Assembly: GCA_016177615.1 (NCBI GenBank)
Contig: JACOUX010000012.1
Span: 65,318 to 97,317 of the forward strand
Length of the DNA: 32,000 nt
From: Candidatus Woesearchaeota archaeon
Lineage (GTDB): Archaea > Nanobdellota > Nanobdellia > Woesearchaeales > GW2011-AR4
Direction: 5' to 3'
This document shows positions 17,721 to 26,202 of the stretch, in pieces. The position numbers and the translations under genes were made by a program. Positions within the stretch are counted from its first letter, which is position 1, and each line of letters starts with the position of its first letter. The notes below the pieces were generated by a model. It made no database searches, was not told the origin of the DNA, and saw only the letters and a list, made by a program, of their open reading frames with translations.

Positions 17721-18235
17721 CAGTACCTCTGGCCTATTGATGTTCTTTTTACATGCTCATGCCTATAAGACCTTATTCCAATAACGAAGAGAAATAGGCT
17801 CCAAACAAGAAGCGAAAATTGCCCATAGGGCACCCAACCGAAAAGCAAAAACGGGGATAATGAGCAAAGCGTGATTTTCAGGAAATCAGCAAATTTTATT
17901 TTAGGAAAAAATGGCTTTGCAATGGCGCTTACAGCAAATACCCCAAATGTCCCGATAAAAATATACAAAAATATTATTGATGTTGAGACGCCCATGGAAT
18001 AATTAATCATCCTGAGATAGTTCACATCCAGGCTAAGCGCTATGTCCAGGTAAATTGTCTTAATAACTGAAAGGACCAGATTTGCCAATCCTGCGGCTAC
18101 TGCAACTGCTGCCAGCATCAGCATGTAATATCCAACACATTCCTCAAGTGAAGTTTTGCCTAGGCTGCTGAATTCCTTTTCGGGATTTGAAAGTATTTTC
18201 AACCCTTTTCTGATGTATTGCCTTATCAGTTTCAT
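17720..18235 (-). CDS. Yip1-domain-like polytopic membrane protein. Start placed at MKLIRQY (18235) rather than the track's 18349
   Basis: About 5 TM helices after a short cytosolic N-terminus (ILSNPEKEFSS), as in Yip1/DUF1282 proteins. Its stop overlaps the next gene's start by 1 nt (TGATG at 17718-17722). Confidence 0.5.
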   Translation of the reverse strand: MKLIRQYIRKGLKILSNPEKEFSSLGKTSLEECVGYYMLMLAAVAVAAGLANLVLSVIKTIYLDIALSLDVNYLRMINYSMGVSTSIIFLYIFIGTFGVFAVSAIAKPFFPKIKFADFLKITLCSLSPFLLFGWVPYGQFSLLVWSLFLFVIGIRSYRHEHVKRTSIGQRY

Positions 18236-18317
18236 ATTGGCTGCCGAATAGGAAATGGCAATATAAAGTTTTCTAATGCCAGAAAAGATTATAAGCAGAT
18301 TGAAAGTTCTTATTTTT

Positions 18318-19025
18318 ATGGAAGATTCTAGGATACCTACAGGCAGCAAGATAATTGATGCAATGCTTGAAGGAGGCTATGAAAGAGGTATAGTCACTAC
18401 AATATACGGGCCTGCCGGCTCAGGCAAGACGGTTCTCTGCCTTCTTTGCTCAATCAACATGTCGAGGATGGGAAAAAAGGTGATTTATGTCGATACCGAA
18501 GGCGGCTTCTCAGTTGAGCGCGTCAGGCAGATCTGCGCGCATATCTCCCAGGATTACAGAAAAATCCTTGAGAATATTATATTTCTTAAGCCAACAAGCT
18601 TTGAAGAGCAGAAAAGCTCATTTGAAAAGCTGAAAGACATCGTTAATGACAAGATAGGGATGATAATAGTAGATACTATAGCCATGCTTTACAGGCTTGA
18701 GCTTGGGCAGAATGAGGAAATACAGGAAACCAACAGGGAATTGGGAAGGCAGATTTCGTTCCTGACAGAAATCGCAAGGAAAAGCAGGATTCCTGTGATT
18801 CTGACAAGCCACGTTTATACTGATTTTGACAACAGGGGCAAGGTGCATATCTTGGGAGGGGACATTTTGAAGTACAGCAGCAAATGCCTCCTGGAGCTGC
18901 AGATAACGCCAAGCAACAACAGAAAGCTGGTGATAAGAAAGCACAGGTCAATAAAGGATGAAAAGGAATTGCTGCTGAAGATTGTTGAAGGGGGCGTGAT
19001 AGGGACTGCTGAAAGAGATGGATGA
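18318..19025 (+). CDS. radB: DNA repair and recombination protein RadB. Start placed at MEDSRIPTGS (18318)
   Basis: IPTGSKIIDAMLEGGYERGIVTTIYGPAGSGKT (Walker A), MIIVDT (Walker B), short RecA core without an N-terminal HhH domain. Confidence 0.85.
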   Translation: MEDSRIPTGSKIIDAMLEGGYERGIVTTIYGPAGSGKTVLCLLCSINMSRMGKKVIYVDTEGGFSVERVRQICAHISQDYRKILENIIFLKPTSFEEQKSSFEKLKDIVNDKIGMIIVDTIAMLYRLELGQNEEIQETNRELGRQISFLTEIARKSRIPVILTSHVYTDFDNRGKVHILGGDILKYSSKCLLELQITPSNNRKLVIRKHRSIKDEKELLLKIVEGGVIGTAERDG

Positions 19026-19046
19026 ATGCAAGGGAATTAAATTTAG

Positions 19047-19817
19047 ATGAAAAAAGAAAAACTGGAAAAAATAGACTGGCAGAGGATAGGCAAGCTATTT
19101 GAATGGTTCAATGATTATAAAAATCCTGAATTAAGGGAGCAATTTAAAGACAACCTGAGAGAATTTTCCAAAGATAAAAGATTCCTGAAAAAAATTGGAG
19201 TGAGATATTTAGGTGAAGGGGATATAAAGGATATTACAAATTACCTTGCAAGAACAGAGTCAAGAAGGAACTTTGTCAAAGGCGCGGCAGCTGCAGCTAT
19301 TCTTGCTGCAGCCGGAATCACAAAAGACCATGATCAGCCAATAAAAAAAGATAAGCCTTATCAATCAAATTACAATGGAAGATTGCCTGTCAAGGGAGTA
19401 AATTATGATGTTGGCAGAAGGCCTTCACCTATATCCGATACAAGGCCTGAGCTTGATAGGTCAATTATGGAAAGGGAGCTTAATGTCATAAAAAACAGCT
19501 TGAAATGCAATGCAGTCAGGATATACGGAGAAGACATAAACAGGCTGGTGGAATGCTCAAATGAAGGCGTTCAGGCAAAATATATCCTGGATTTGCTGAA
19601 TATTTATGCTGCAGGAGGGATGTATGCGGCCTTTGTATATACTTTTGTCGAGCCGGGCTATACACATGACGATAAAAATCCAAAACATGACCTGGACATG
19701 GCAAGCTTCAATATCATCAAAGTTTATCCGAAGGAGCATCCGAAATCCTACTGGGATGGGCACATTATTCCAAAAAAATCATTTGAAGCTATAGCTGAAT
19801 TCTACGCCAGTCATTGA
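19047..19817 (+). CDS. Hypothetical protein with an internal twin-arginine-like motif and a TIM-barrel glycosidase-like remnant
   Basis: SRRNFVKGAAAAAILAAAG at residues about 71-89. KGVNYDVG...ELNVIKNSLKCNAVRIYG and the C-terminal AAFVYTFVE...HDLDMASFNIIKV resemble the two ends of a GH-like barrel, with the middle apparently missing. Confidence 0.45.
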   Translation: MKKEKLEKIDWQRIGKLFEWFNDYKNPELREQFKDNLREFSKDKRFLKKIGVRYLGEGDIKDITNYLARTESRRNFVKGAAAAAILAAAGITKDHDQPIKKDKPYQSNYNGRLPVKGVNYDVGRRPSPISDTRPELDRSIMERELNVIKNSLKCNAVRIYGEDINRLVECSNEGVQAKYILDLLNIYAAGGMYAAFVYTFVEPGYTHDDKNPKHDLDMASFNIIKVYPKEHPKSYWDGHIIPKKSFEAIAEFYASH

Positions 19818-19881
19818 TTGATTTTTTAACAAAACGAAGGACGTCAAAACCTTTTTAAACACTTATATATAATCCTTGATT

Positions 19882-21402
19882 ATGGGGGTCAGTAAGGTTA
19901 AAGAGCTTCTCGACATCAAAAAAGAGGCTTCTAGTGACAAGGCTGCTTCCGAATTGCAGCACAAGAAAGGAAAGTTGACTGCAAGAGAAAGGCTGAAGTA
20001 TCTTCTAGATGCTGATTCTTTTGTAGAGCTTGATGCCCTTGTGGAATTGCAGAGCAAGGAGCTTGAAGCCAAAAAGAAGGCAGGTGATGGTGTCATTGTC
20101 GGCCATGGCAAGATAAGCAAAAGGCCAGTTTATGTCTATGCCCAGGATTTTTCCTTCATGGGCGGCTCGATGGGAGAGATGCACAACAGGAAAATAGCCC
20201 ATGTCATGGAGCTGGCGCTGAAAACAGGATGCCCATGCATTGGGCTGCTTGACTCCGGGGGAGCAAGAATCCAGGAAGGGGTTGCTGCGCTCGACACAGG
20301 AGGAAAGATATTTCAGCTAAACACTTTGTCTTCGGGAGTTGTGCCTCAGATATCTGCTATTATGGGACCTTGCGCCGGAATCGCTGTTTATTCCCCTGCC
20401 TTGACAGACTTCATTTTGATGGTAAGGAAAACCAGCTACATGTTCATCACAGGGCCTGAAGTTATAAAGAATGTCACAGGCGAATCTATTGATTTTGAAG
20501 GGCTTGGAGGCTCTTCTGCCCATTCAGAAAAAAGCGGGGTTGCGCATTTTGCCGCAGATGATGAAAAGGAATGCCTTGATATGATAAAGGCTTTGTTAAG
20601 CTATCTTCCCCAGAATAATCTTGAAAACCCCACTTATTATGCCGCTGATTCGATGCGGGAGACAAAAAAGCTTGAATCAATTGTTCCTGAAGATCCAAAA
20701 AAGACTTATGACATCAAAGAAGCCATTTCAGAGATTTTTGACAGGAAAACATTTTTGGAAATTCATGCACATTATGCCCAAAATGCAGTTGTCGGGTTTG
20801 CAAGGCTAAACGGCCATGCTGTTGGCATTGTCGCGACGCAGCCTAAAGTTCTTGCGGGCTGCCTTGACATAAACTCGTCTGATAAGGTGTCAAGATTTGT
20901 GAGATTCTGCGATTGCTTTAATATCCCATTGGTAAATCTTGTTGATGTTACGGGCTACCTCCCAGGCACTTTTCAGGAGCATGGCGGAATCATTAGGCAC
21001 GGCGCGAAGGTACTTTTTGCGTATTCAGAAGCAACTGTGCCTAAAATGTCGCTTGTATTAAGAAAGGCTTACGGAGGCGCATATATTGCACTTGTCTCGA
21101 AAGAGATGGGATTTGACAAGGTCATTGCATGGCCGAATGCAGAGATCGCAGTAATGGGTGCAGAGCAGGCCGTTGGGATCATTAACAGGGATGAAATTGC
21201 CAAAAACCCAAAGTCAAAGGCAGCTCTTGCTGGGCAGTACAGGGAAAGATTCCTCAACCCTTACGTTGCTGCAAAGCTGGGCAAAATCGATATGATAATT
21301 GAACCAAAGGAAACGAGGAATGCGCTTATAAAATGCCTTGAGATGCTTTTGTCTAAGAGGGAGAAAAGGCCTGCCAAAAAGCATGGAAATATGCCGTTAT
21401 AA
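19882..21402 (+). CDS. pccB: Acyl-CoA carboxylase carboxyltransferase subunit (PccB / methylmalonyl-CoA carboxyltransferase 12S type). The track start is a TTG at 19876
   Basis: About 506 aa with VYVYAQDFSFMGGSMGEMH, two crotonase-like halves and RKAYGGAYIA. Confidence 0.9.
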   Translation: MGVSKVKELLDIKKEASSDKAASELQHKKGKLTARERLKYLLDADSFVELDALVELQSKELEAKKKAGDGVIVGHGKISKRPVYVYAQDFSFMGGSMGEMHNRKIAHVMELALKTGCPCIGLLDSGGARIQEGVAALDTGGKIFQLNTLSSGVVPQISAIMGPCAGIAVYSPALTDFILMVRKTSYMFITGPEVIKNVTGESIDFEGLGGSSAHSEKSGVAHFAADDEKECLDMIKALLSYLPQNNLENPTYYAADSMRETKKLESIVPEDPKKTYDIKEAISEIFDRKTFLEIHAHYAQNAVVGFARLNGHAVGIVATQPKVLAGCLDINSSDKVSRFVRFCDCFNIPLVNLVDVTGYLPGTFQEHGGIIRHGAKVLFAYSEATVPKMSLVLRKAYGGAYIALVSKEMGFDKVIAWPNAEIAVMGAEQAVGIINRDEIAKNPKSKAALAGQYRERFLNPYVAAKLGKIDMIIEPKETRNALIKCLEMLLSKREKRPAKKHGNMPL

Positions 21403-21432
21403 TTTTTTGTTTAGAAAAAAATATTAAACCAA

Positions 21433-21819
21433 ATGGAAGAGCTAATTGTCAAGGTTGACGGCAAGGAATACAAGGTTTTTGTAGAGGAAAATGAAGAAGG
21501 AAAAGTAATTGTGCACTGCGGCTCTGATGTTTATGAAGTTGAGACAAAAAAGGATGCAGAGCATTCTGCAATTGAAAGGCTGCATAGGAAATCAGGAGCG
21601 GAAGCAGGAAATGAGATAGTTGCGCCGTTGCCCGGAATAATTTATGATATAAAGTCCAAAGAAGGTGATAAATTAAAGCAGGGCCATGTTTTGTTCACGC
21701 TTATGGCAATGAAGATGGAAAATGAAGTCGCTGCTCCAAGGGATTGCATTGTCAAGGAAATTAAGGTCAAGAAGAATAGCAATGTCAATAGGGGAGATGT
21801 TTTGGCAGTGATTGAATAA
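21433..21819 (+). CDS. Biotin carboxyl carrier protein
   Basis: C-terminal biotinyl domain with VAPLPG and the biotinylation motif LMAMKMENEV (Lys codon 21712-21714). Confidence 0.85.
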   Translation: MEELIVKVDGKEYKVFVEENEEGKVIVHCGSDVYEVETKKDAEHSAIERLHRKSGAEAGNEIVAPLPGIIYDIKSKEGDKLKQGHVLFTLMAMKMENEVAAPRDCIVKEIKVKKNSNVNRGDVLAVIE

Positions 21820-21838
21820 ATTTAAAAGGTGATTTCAA

Positions 21839-22591
21839 ATGGAAAGAAGCAAGATAAAAGGAATGATTTTTGCTGCATTGTTTGCTGCACTTACAGGCGC
21901 GGTTGCGTGGTTTAAGATCCCTCTTCCTTTCACGCCCGTCCCTATTACTTTGCAGACCTTGATGGTTCTCCTGAGCGGAGCAGCCCTCGGCGCTTATTAC
22001 GGCGCTTTGTCAATGATAGTTTACCTGATTCTAGGGGTAATTGGATTGCCTGTCTTTGCAGGCGGCTCTTCAGGAATTCCTGCGCTGCTTGGGCCTACCG
22101 GAGGCTATCTGCTCAGCTATCCTGTTGCAGCATTTGTGGTTGGGAAGATGATTGAAAAGAAAAACCTAAGCGCGTTCCTAAAATACTTTTCATTTGCTGC
22201 AGTGCTGGTTTTTGTCATGTTTGTATTTGTTGATTCTGCACTAAAAATAGGAATAATGAAGCTTGGAAAAGATGCCATGGTCAATGTACTAAGCCAGCAG
22301 CAGAGGGTTATCCTAATTGCGGTAAGCGCTGCTGTTTTGCTCGGGCTTTTATTCCTTGTATATTACTCAAAAAAATCAAAGTCATTTTCCTTGGACACCA
22401 TTCTTGCCATGTTCGCAGGCACTTTGATAATTTATTTAATGGGCTCAATTCAAGGGAAATTCGTAACAGGGTTGCCTTGGAGCGCTGTATTTGTTGGATG
22501 GGTTTTGCCGTTCATTATAGGCGACACACTAAAGCTGCTGCTTGCAGCCTGGATATCAAAAAACATTGATGTTGGCAGATATATGCAATGA
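21839..22591 (+). CDS. bioY: BioY biotin-specific ECF S-component carrying an internal insertion of about 60 aa (two extra predicted TM helices)
   Basis: PITLQTLMVLLSGAALG, GPTGGYLLSYP and LPFIIGDTLKLLLAA. At 250 aa it exceeds the roughly 190 aa usual for BioY. The extra hydrophobic stretches are FSFAAVLVFVMFVFV and VILIAVSAAVLLGLLFLVYY. Confidence 0.85.
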   Translation: MERSKIKGMIFAALFAALTGAVAWFKIPLPFTPVPITLQTLMVLLSGAALGAYYGALSMIVYLILGVIGLPVFAGGSSGIPALLGPTGGYLLSYPVAAFVVGKMIEKKNLSAFLKYFSFAAVLVFVMFVFVDSALKIGIMKLGKDAMVNVLSQQQRVILIAVSAAVLLGLLFLVYYSKKSKSFSLDTILAMFAGTLIIYLMGSIQGKFVTGLPWSAVFVGWVLPFIIGDTLKLLLAAWISKNIDVGRYMQ

Positions 22592-23349
22592 AACCTAAGC
22601 TCATTTTGCTGGATATTTTCTCCTATAGCTGCATGAACTGCATGAGGTCTTTGGAGTTTATTAAAAGCCTGGACAGTGCATATAAGGGATCCGGCTTAGG
22701 GGCTGTTCTTGTGCACCCTCCTGAGTGGAAGTTTGAGAAAAATGGAATGAATATATCTGCTGCAATAAAACGCTATAATATCAAGTTTCCAATCATTATT
22801 GACCGGAATAAAAAGATAATCAGAAAATTTGGAATAAATTTCTGGCCGGCTCAGATTCTGGTTAATGGCAGGAAAATCATTTACAGGCATATAGGTGAAG
22901 GCAGCTATAAAAATCTGGAAAGGCTCATAGCAAAGTCCCTTGGAATAATATCAAAAAAAATATTTGCAAAAGAGCCAAATTATAGCAAATACCAAACCGT
23001 ATATTGCGGAAAAAGAAAAAAAGGAAGAATAGAAAGGCTAAACAAGAATCTGAAATTCGGGGTTGTTTATTCTGATGGAAATTGCAGCCAAAAAGAGGAA
23101 TTTTTGAAGCTATTTCAAGACTCTCCTGTTACCATATTGGCTAAAGGAAAAGCGGTTAATTTTGTAGCACAATCCTTTAATAAAAGGCCGGTTAGTTTGA
23201 ATATAAAAATAAATAACAAAAGCAAGAAAGTGTTATCTGTTGGCATGCCGCGATTATATAAGATTGCAAAGCTAGATAAGAGAAAGAAAAATAAATTAAC
23301 AATAACGCCAAGATCAGATATGGCAGTTTATTCATTTTCGTTCCAATGA
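22588..23349 (+). CDS. Thioredoxin-fold protein (CMNC) with a DipZ-C-terminal-like beta-sandwich domain
   Basis: FSYSCMNCMRSLEFIKSL...VLVHPPEWKFEK...NFWPAQILVNGRKIIYRHIGEGSY matches the DipZ-type redoxin pattern. The C-terminus ends AVYSFSFQ as in that family. ATGA overlaps on both sides at 22588-22591 and 23346-23349. Confidence 0.6.
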   Translation: MKPKLILLDIFSYSCMNCMRSLEFIKSLDSAYKGSGLGAVLVHPPEWKFEKNGMNISAAIKRYNIKFPIIIDRNKKIIRKFGINFWPAQILVNGRKIIYRHIGEGSYKNLERLIAKSLGIISKKIFAKEPNYSKYQTVYCGKRKKGRIERLNKNLKFGVVYSDGNCSQKEEFLKLFQDSPVTILAKGKAVNFVAQSFNKRPVSLNIKINNKSKKVLSVGMPRLYKIAKLDKRKKNKLTITPRSDMAVYSFSFQ

Positions 23350-24044
23350 TACAGGCAAAAAATGTTTATTTCAAGTACGAGGATGAGCTTATCCTGAAAA
23401 ATATAAGCCTTGAAATATATGAAGGCAGCTTCACCGCAATAATAGGCGCAAACGGCTCTGGAAAAACAACCTTGGCAAAGCATTTCAATGCCATTCTTCT
23501 GCCTGCAAAAGGCGATGTCCTTGTTGATGGAATCAGCACAAGAAAAGACGAGCTTAATGCAAGAAAAAACATAGGCTTTGTATTCCAGAATTTTGAGGAC
23601 CAGATTGTTTACTCGACTATTGAGGAGGATGTGGCATTCGGGCTTGAAAATCTTGGGCTGGAGCAGGATAAAATAAAAAGAAGGGCTGCAGATACTCTGA
23701 AAAGGCTAAGCATATCGCACCTCGCAAAAAGAAATGTCAATACTTTGTCGCTTGGGCAGAAGCAGCTTGCTGCATTAAGCGGAGTGCTTGCCATGAAGCC
23801 AAGGTGCATAGTTTTCGATGAGCCAACTACAATGCTTGATTCCAGAAACAAGAAGAGTATAATGGGAATTATCAAGGAATTAAATAAAAAGGATAAAATA
23901 ACAGTAATATTAGTGACAAACGTGCTTGATGATTTAAAATATGTGAATAATGTTGTTGTGCTAAAAGAAGGCAGGACTATATTCAACGATAAAAAATCAA
24001 AATTGAATAATAAAATTCTGAAAGTGGCGGGGTTATATGATTAA
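23346..24044 (+). CDS. ecfA: ECF-transporter ATPase (single copy, BioM/EcfA type)
   Basis: Walker A GANGSGKTT, Q-loop, signature LSLGQKQ, Walker B IVFDEPTTMLD. Confidence 0.9.
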   Translation: MIQAKNVYFKYEDELILKNISLEIYEGSFTAIIGANGSGKTTLAKHFNAILLPAKGDVLVDGISTRKDELNARKNIGFVFQNFEDQIVYSTIEEDVAFGLENLGLEQDKIKRRAADTLKRLSISHLAKRNVNTLSLGQKQLAALSGVLAMKPRCIVFDEPTTMLDSRNKKSIMGIIKELNKKDKITVILVTNVLDDLKYVNNVVVLKEGRTIFNDKKSKLNNKILKVAGLYD

Positions 24045-24753
24045 GCGCTTGACAATAGGCCAGTACAGGGAAAGATATTCCTTCATTCACGGGCTTGACG
24101 CGAGAATCAAGATTTTTTACGTGGTAGTCTTGGGATTTCTGTCATTCAGGCTGAAATTCGGCCTTGAAATGCTTATTTTTTCCCTGTTTGTTTTTGGCTT
24201 GGTATATTCTGCAAAGATGCGGCTTGGAGAGCTGAGCAAAAACCTAAGGCCATTCTATTCTGTTTTCATTTTTCTGGTTGTTATGTATCTGATATTTTCA
24301 AGAAGCCAGATTGAAAAAGGAATGATTTATTTATGGCGCTTTTTGATGCTTATAATAATCTCGCTTGCATTGACTTTTACAACCACGATAATGGATTTAA
24401 TAGCTGCAGTTGAATTCTTTTCAAAGCCGCTGAAGGTTTTTGGAGTGAAATCAAGAAATGTAGCGCTTATGGTTTCTGCAGCTGTGAGGTTCATCCCTGT
24501 GATGTTCATCAATTTTGAAAGGTCAAGGGAGGCAATGTCATCAAGGCTTGCAGACTTTCGCAGGATCAGGCATATAAAAGTCGTTGTTTTGCTTATGCTT
24601 CAAAAAATGCTCAAGTCCGCTTCCTGCTTGAGCGATGCGGTGTATGCCAGGCTCTATGATGAGAATATGGAAATCAATAAAATGCCGAAATTAAAAATAA
24701 ACGACTATATCTCTATGGTGGCCGTGGCTGCCTTTGCTGTTATTATTTACTAG
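24037..24753 (+). CDS. ecfT: ECF-transporter transmembrane T-component (BioN/EcfT/CbiQ type)
   Basis: 238 aa, 5-6 TM helices, coupling-helix region RFIPVMFINFERSREAMSSRLADF. It overlaps ecfA by 8 nt. Confidence 0.8.
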   Translation: MIKRLTIGQYRERYSFIHGLDARIKIFYVVVLGFLSFRLKFGLEMLIFSLFVFGLVYSAKMRLGELSKNLRPFYSVFIFLVVMYLIFSRSQIEKGMIYLWRFLMLIIISLALTFTTTIMDLIAAVEFFSKPLKVFGVKSRNVALMVSAAVRFIPVMFINFERSREAMSSRLADFRRIRHIKVVVLLMLQKMLKSASCLSDAVYARLYDENMEINKMPKLKINDYISMVAVAAFAVIIY

Positions 24754-24970
24754 CATTTCTCTGCCCGAACAGGATGCTGGCAAGTATGTTAAGCATCCAT
24801 GCCTGGAACACATTGATCCTGTACAGGCTCCCAAATACAAAATTCCAGAGCCACATTACAGGAAACGCAAGAATTAAGCCGACTAATGCGCTGATCACAA
24901 TTATCAGAAGGATTGCATAGCCTGTGTCTATAAGCTTCCTAAGGATTGGTATATTCCTGATTATGGACAT
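24743..24970 (-). CDS. Small two-TM hypothetical membrane protein (75 aa)
   Basis: Two clear hydrophobic helices. It is the only sizeable ORF in the spacer and is convergent with ecfT (11-nt overlap). No recognisable family. Confidence 0.35.
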   Translation of the reverse strand: MSIIRNIPILRKLIDTGYAILLIIVISALVGLILAFPVMWLWNFVFGSLYRINVFQAWMLNILASILFGQRNASK

Positions 24971-25046
24971 TAATTTGGGTAAATCGCGGGTTTTTTTAAA
25001 GGTTGCGGGAGAATAAATATAAACAACCTGTCCATGCTATAATGCC

Positions 25047-25445
25047 ATGCACAAAATCGAGCATCGCGTGATTTACGGAGACACTGATGCAGGCGGTGTT
25101 GTCTATTATGCAAATTACTTCAGGTGGTTTGAAAGCGGTAGAAGAGAGCTGTTCAGGAACCTTGGCATTGATTATAAGCTACTCCATGAAAAAGAGATAG
25201 TAAGCCCTGTCGTGGAATCGCACTGCAATTATTTCCATCCGGCAAAGTATGATGATATTGTAATTATTGAGACGAAAATCGCCGATATCAAAGAGAAAAG
25301 TGTAAAGTTTGAAAACATGGTTTTCAGGAAAAAGGGCAAAAAGCTGCTTGCATCAGGCTACACCATTAATGTTTTCGTTGATGCAAAAAAGATGAAGTCC
25401 ATCAAAATACCTGAAGATGTGAGGAAAAGGCTAAAGGTTGGCTAG
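25047..25445 (+). CDS. YbgC/4HBT-type hotdog acyl-CoA thioesterase
   Basis: VIYGDTDAGGVVYYANYFRWFESGRRELFR (catalytic Asp context) and hotdog length of 132 aa. Confidence 0.8.
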   Translation: MHKIEHRVIYGDTDAGGVVYYANYFRWFESGRRELFRNLGIDYKLLHEKEIVSPVVESHCNYFHPAKYDDIVIIETKIADIKEKSVKFENMVFRKKGKKLLASGYTINVFVDAKKMKSIKIPEDVRKRLKVG

Positions 25446-26167
25446 TATCTTATATGAACATCCCCCTCAATGATTTTTATGGTTTTCTTATTATTTAGCT
25501 TAAGCAATAAGCTGCAGTCTTCGGCAACTCCAACTGCCTGTCCGTAAAGAACTTTCTTTTTGCCCGTTGTAACTTTTATATTTTTATTGAGGGTATCGCA
25601 ATTCTCTTTCCATATTTCCAAAATTCCGTTAAATTTATTTTTATCATATATCTTTTCATAGATATTGCTAAATTCTTCTAAAATTAGTAATGATATTTTC
25701 TTGATGGCATATGTTTCGTTTTTAATCAGTTTTAGCGAAGTTGCAATATTTTTAATATCTTCAGGGAATTTATCTTGATTGACATTCAGCCCGATTCCTA
25801 CAACAACGTGATTTTCTTTTCCAAAAATGCCTTCTGTCAGAATCCCGCATAGCTTTTTGCCTTTGTAATGAACGTCATTTGGCCATTTTATTTTTACATT
25901 TATTCCTGTGATTTTTTTAATTGCATTTACGACTGAAACAGCAGCCGCAAAAGTGAGGTATTGGAGATGTTGAGCATTTTTCGGCTTTAACAAAACCGAC
26001 ATCCACAAGCCGCCTTTCGAGGAATGCCACTTCCTTTTGAATCTGCCCCTTCCTCTTGTTTGGACATCTGAAATAATGACTGCGCTGCTTAACCCTTTTT
26101 TGGCAAATTCTTTGGCCTTGTCCTGGGTCGAGGTTAAGGAGTTGAAATGAAAGAGTTTGTAATTCAT
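25442..26167 (-). CDS. birA: Biotin-protein ligase (BirA catalytic core, no N-terminal HTH)
   Basis: QTRGRGRFKRKWHSSKGGLWMS, KIKWPNDV, C-terminal SH3-like domain. Confidence 0.85.
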   Translation of the reverse strand: MNYKLFHFNSLTSTQDKAKEFAKKGLSSAVIISDVQTRGRGRFKRKWHSSKGGLWMSVLLKPKNAQHLQYLTFAAAVSVVNAIKKITGINVKIKWPNDVHYKGKKLCGILTEGIFGKENHVVVGIGLNVNQDKFPEDIKNIATSLKLIKNETYAIKKISLLILEEFSNIYEKIYDKNKFNGILEIWKENCDTLNKNIKVTTGKKKVLYGQAVGVAEDCSLLLKLNNKKTIKIIEGDVHIRY

Positions 26168-26202
26168 TTTGATTTATTTATGAAAATATCAATAATTTAA
26201 AT

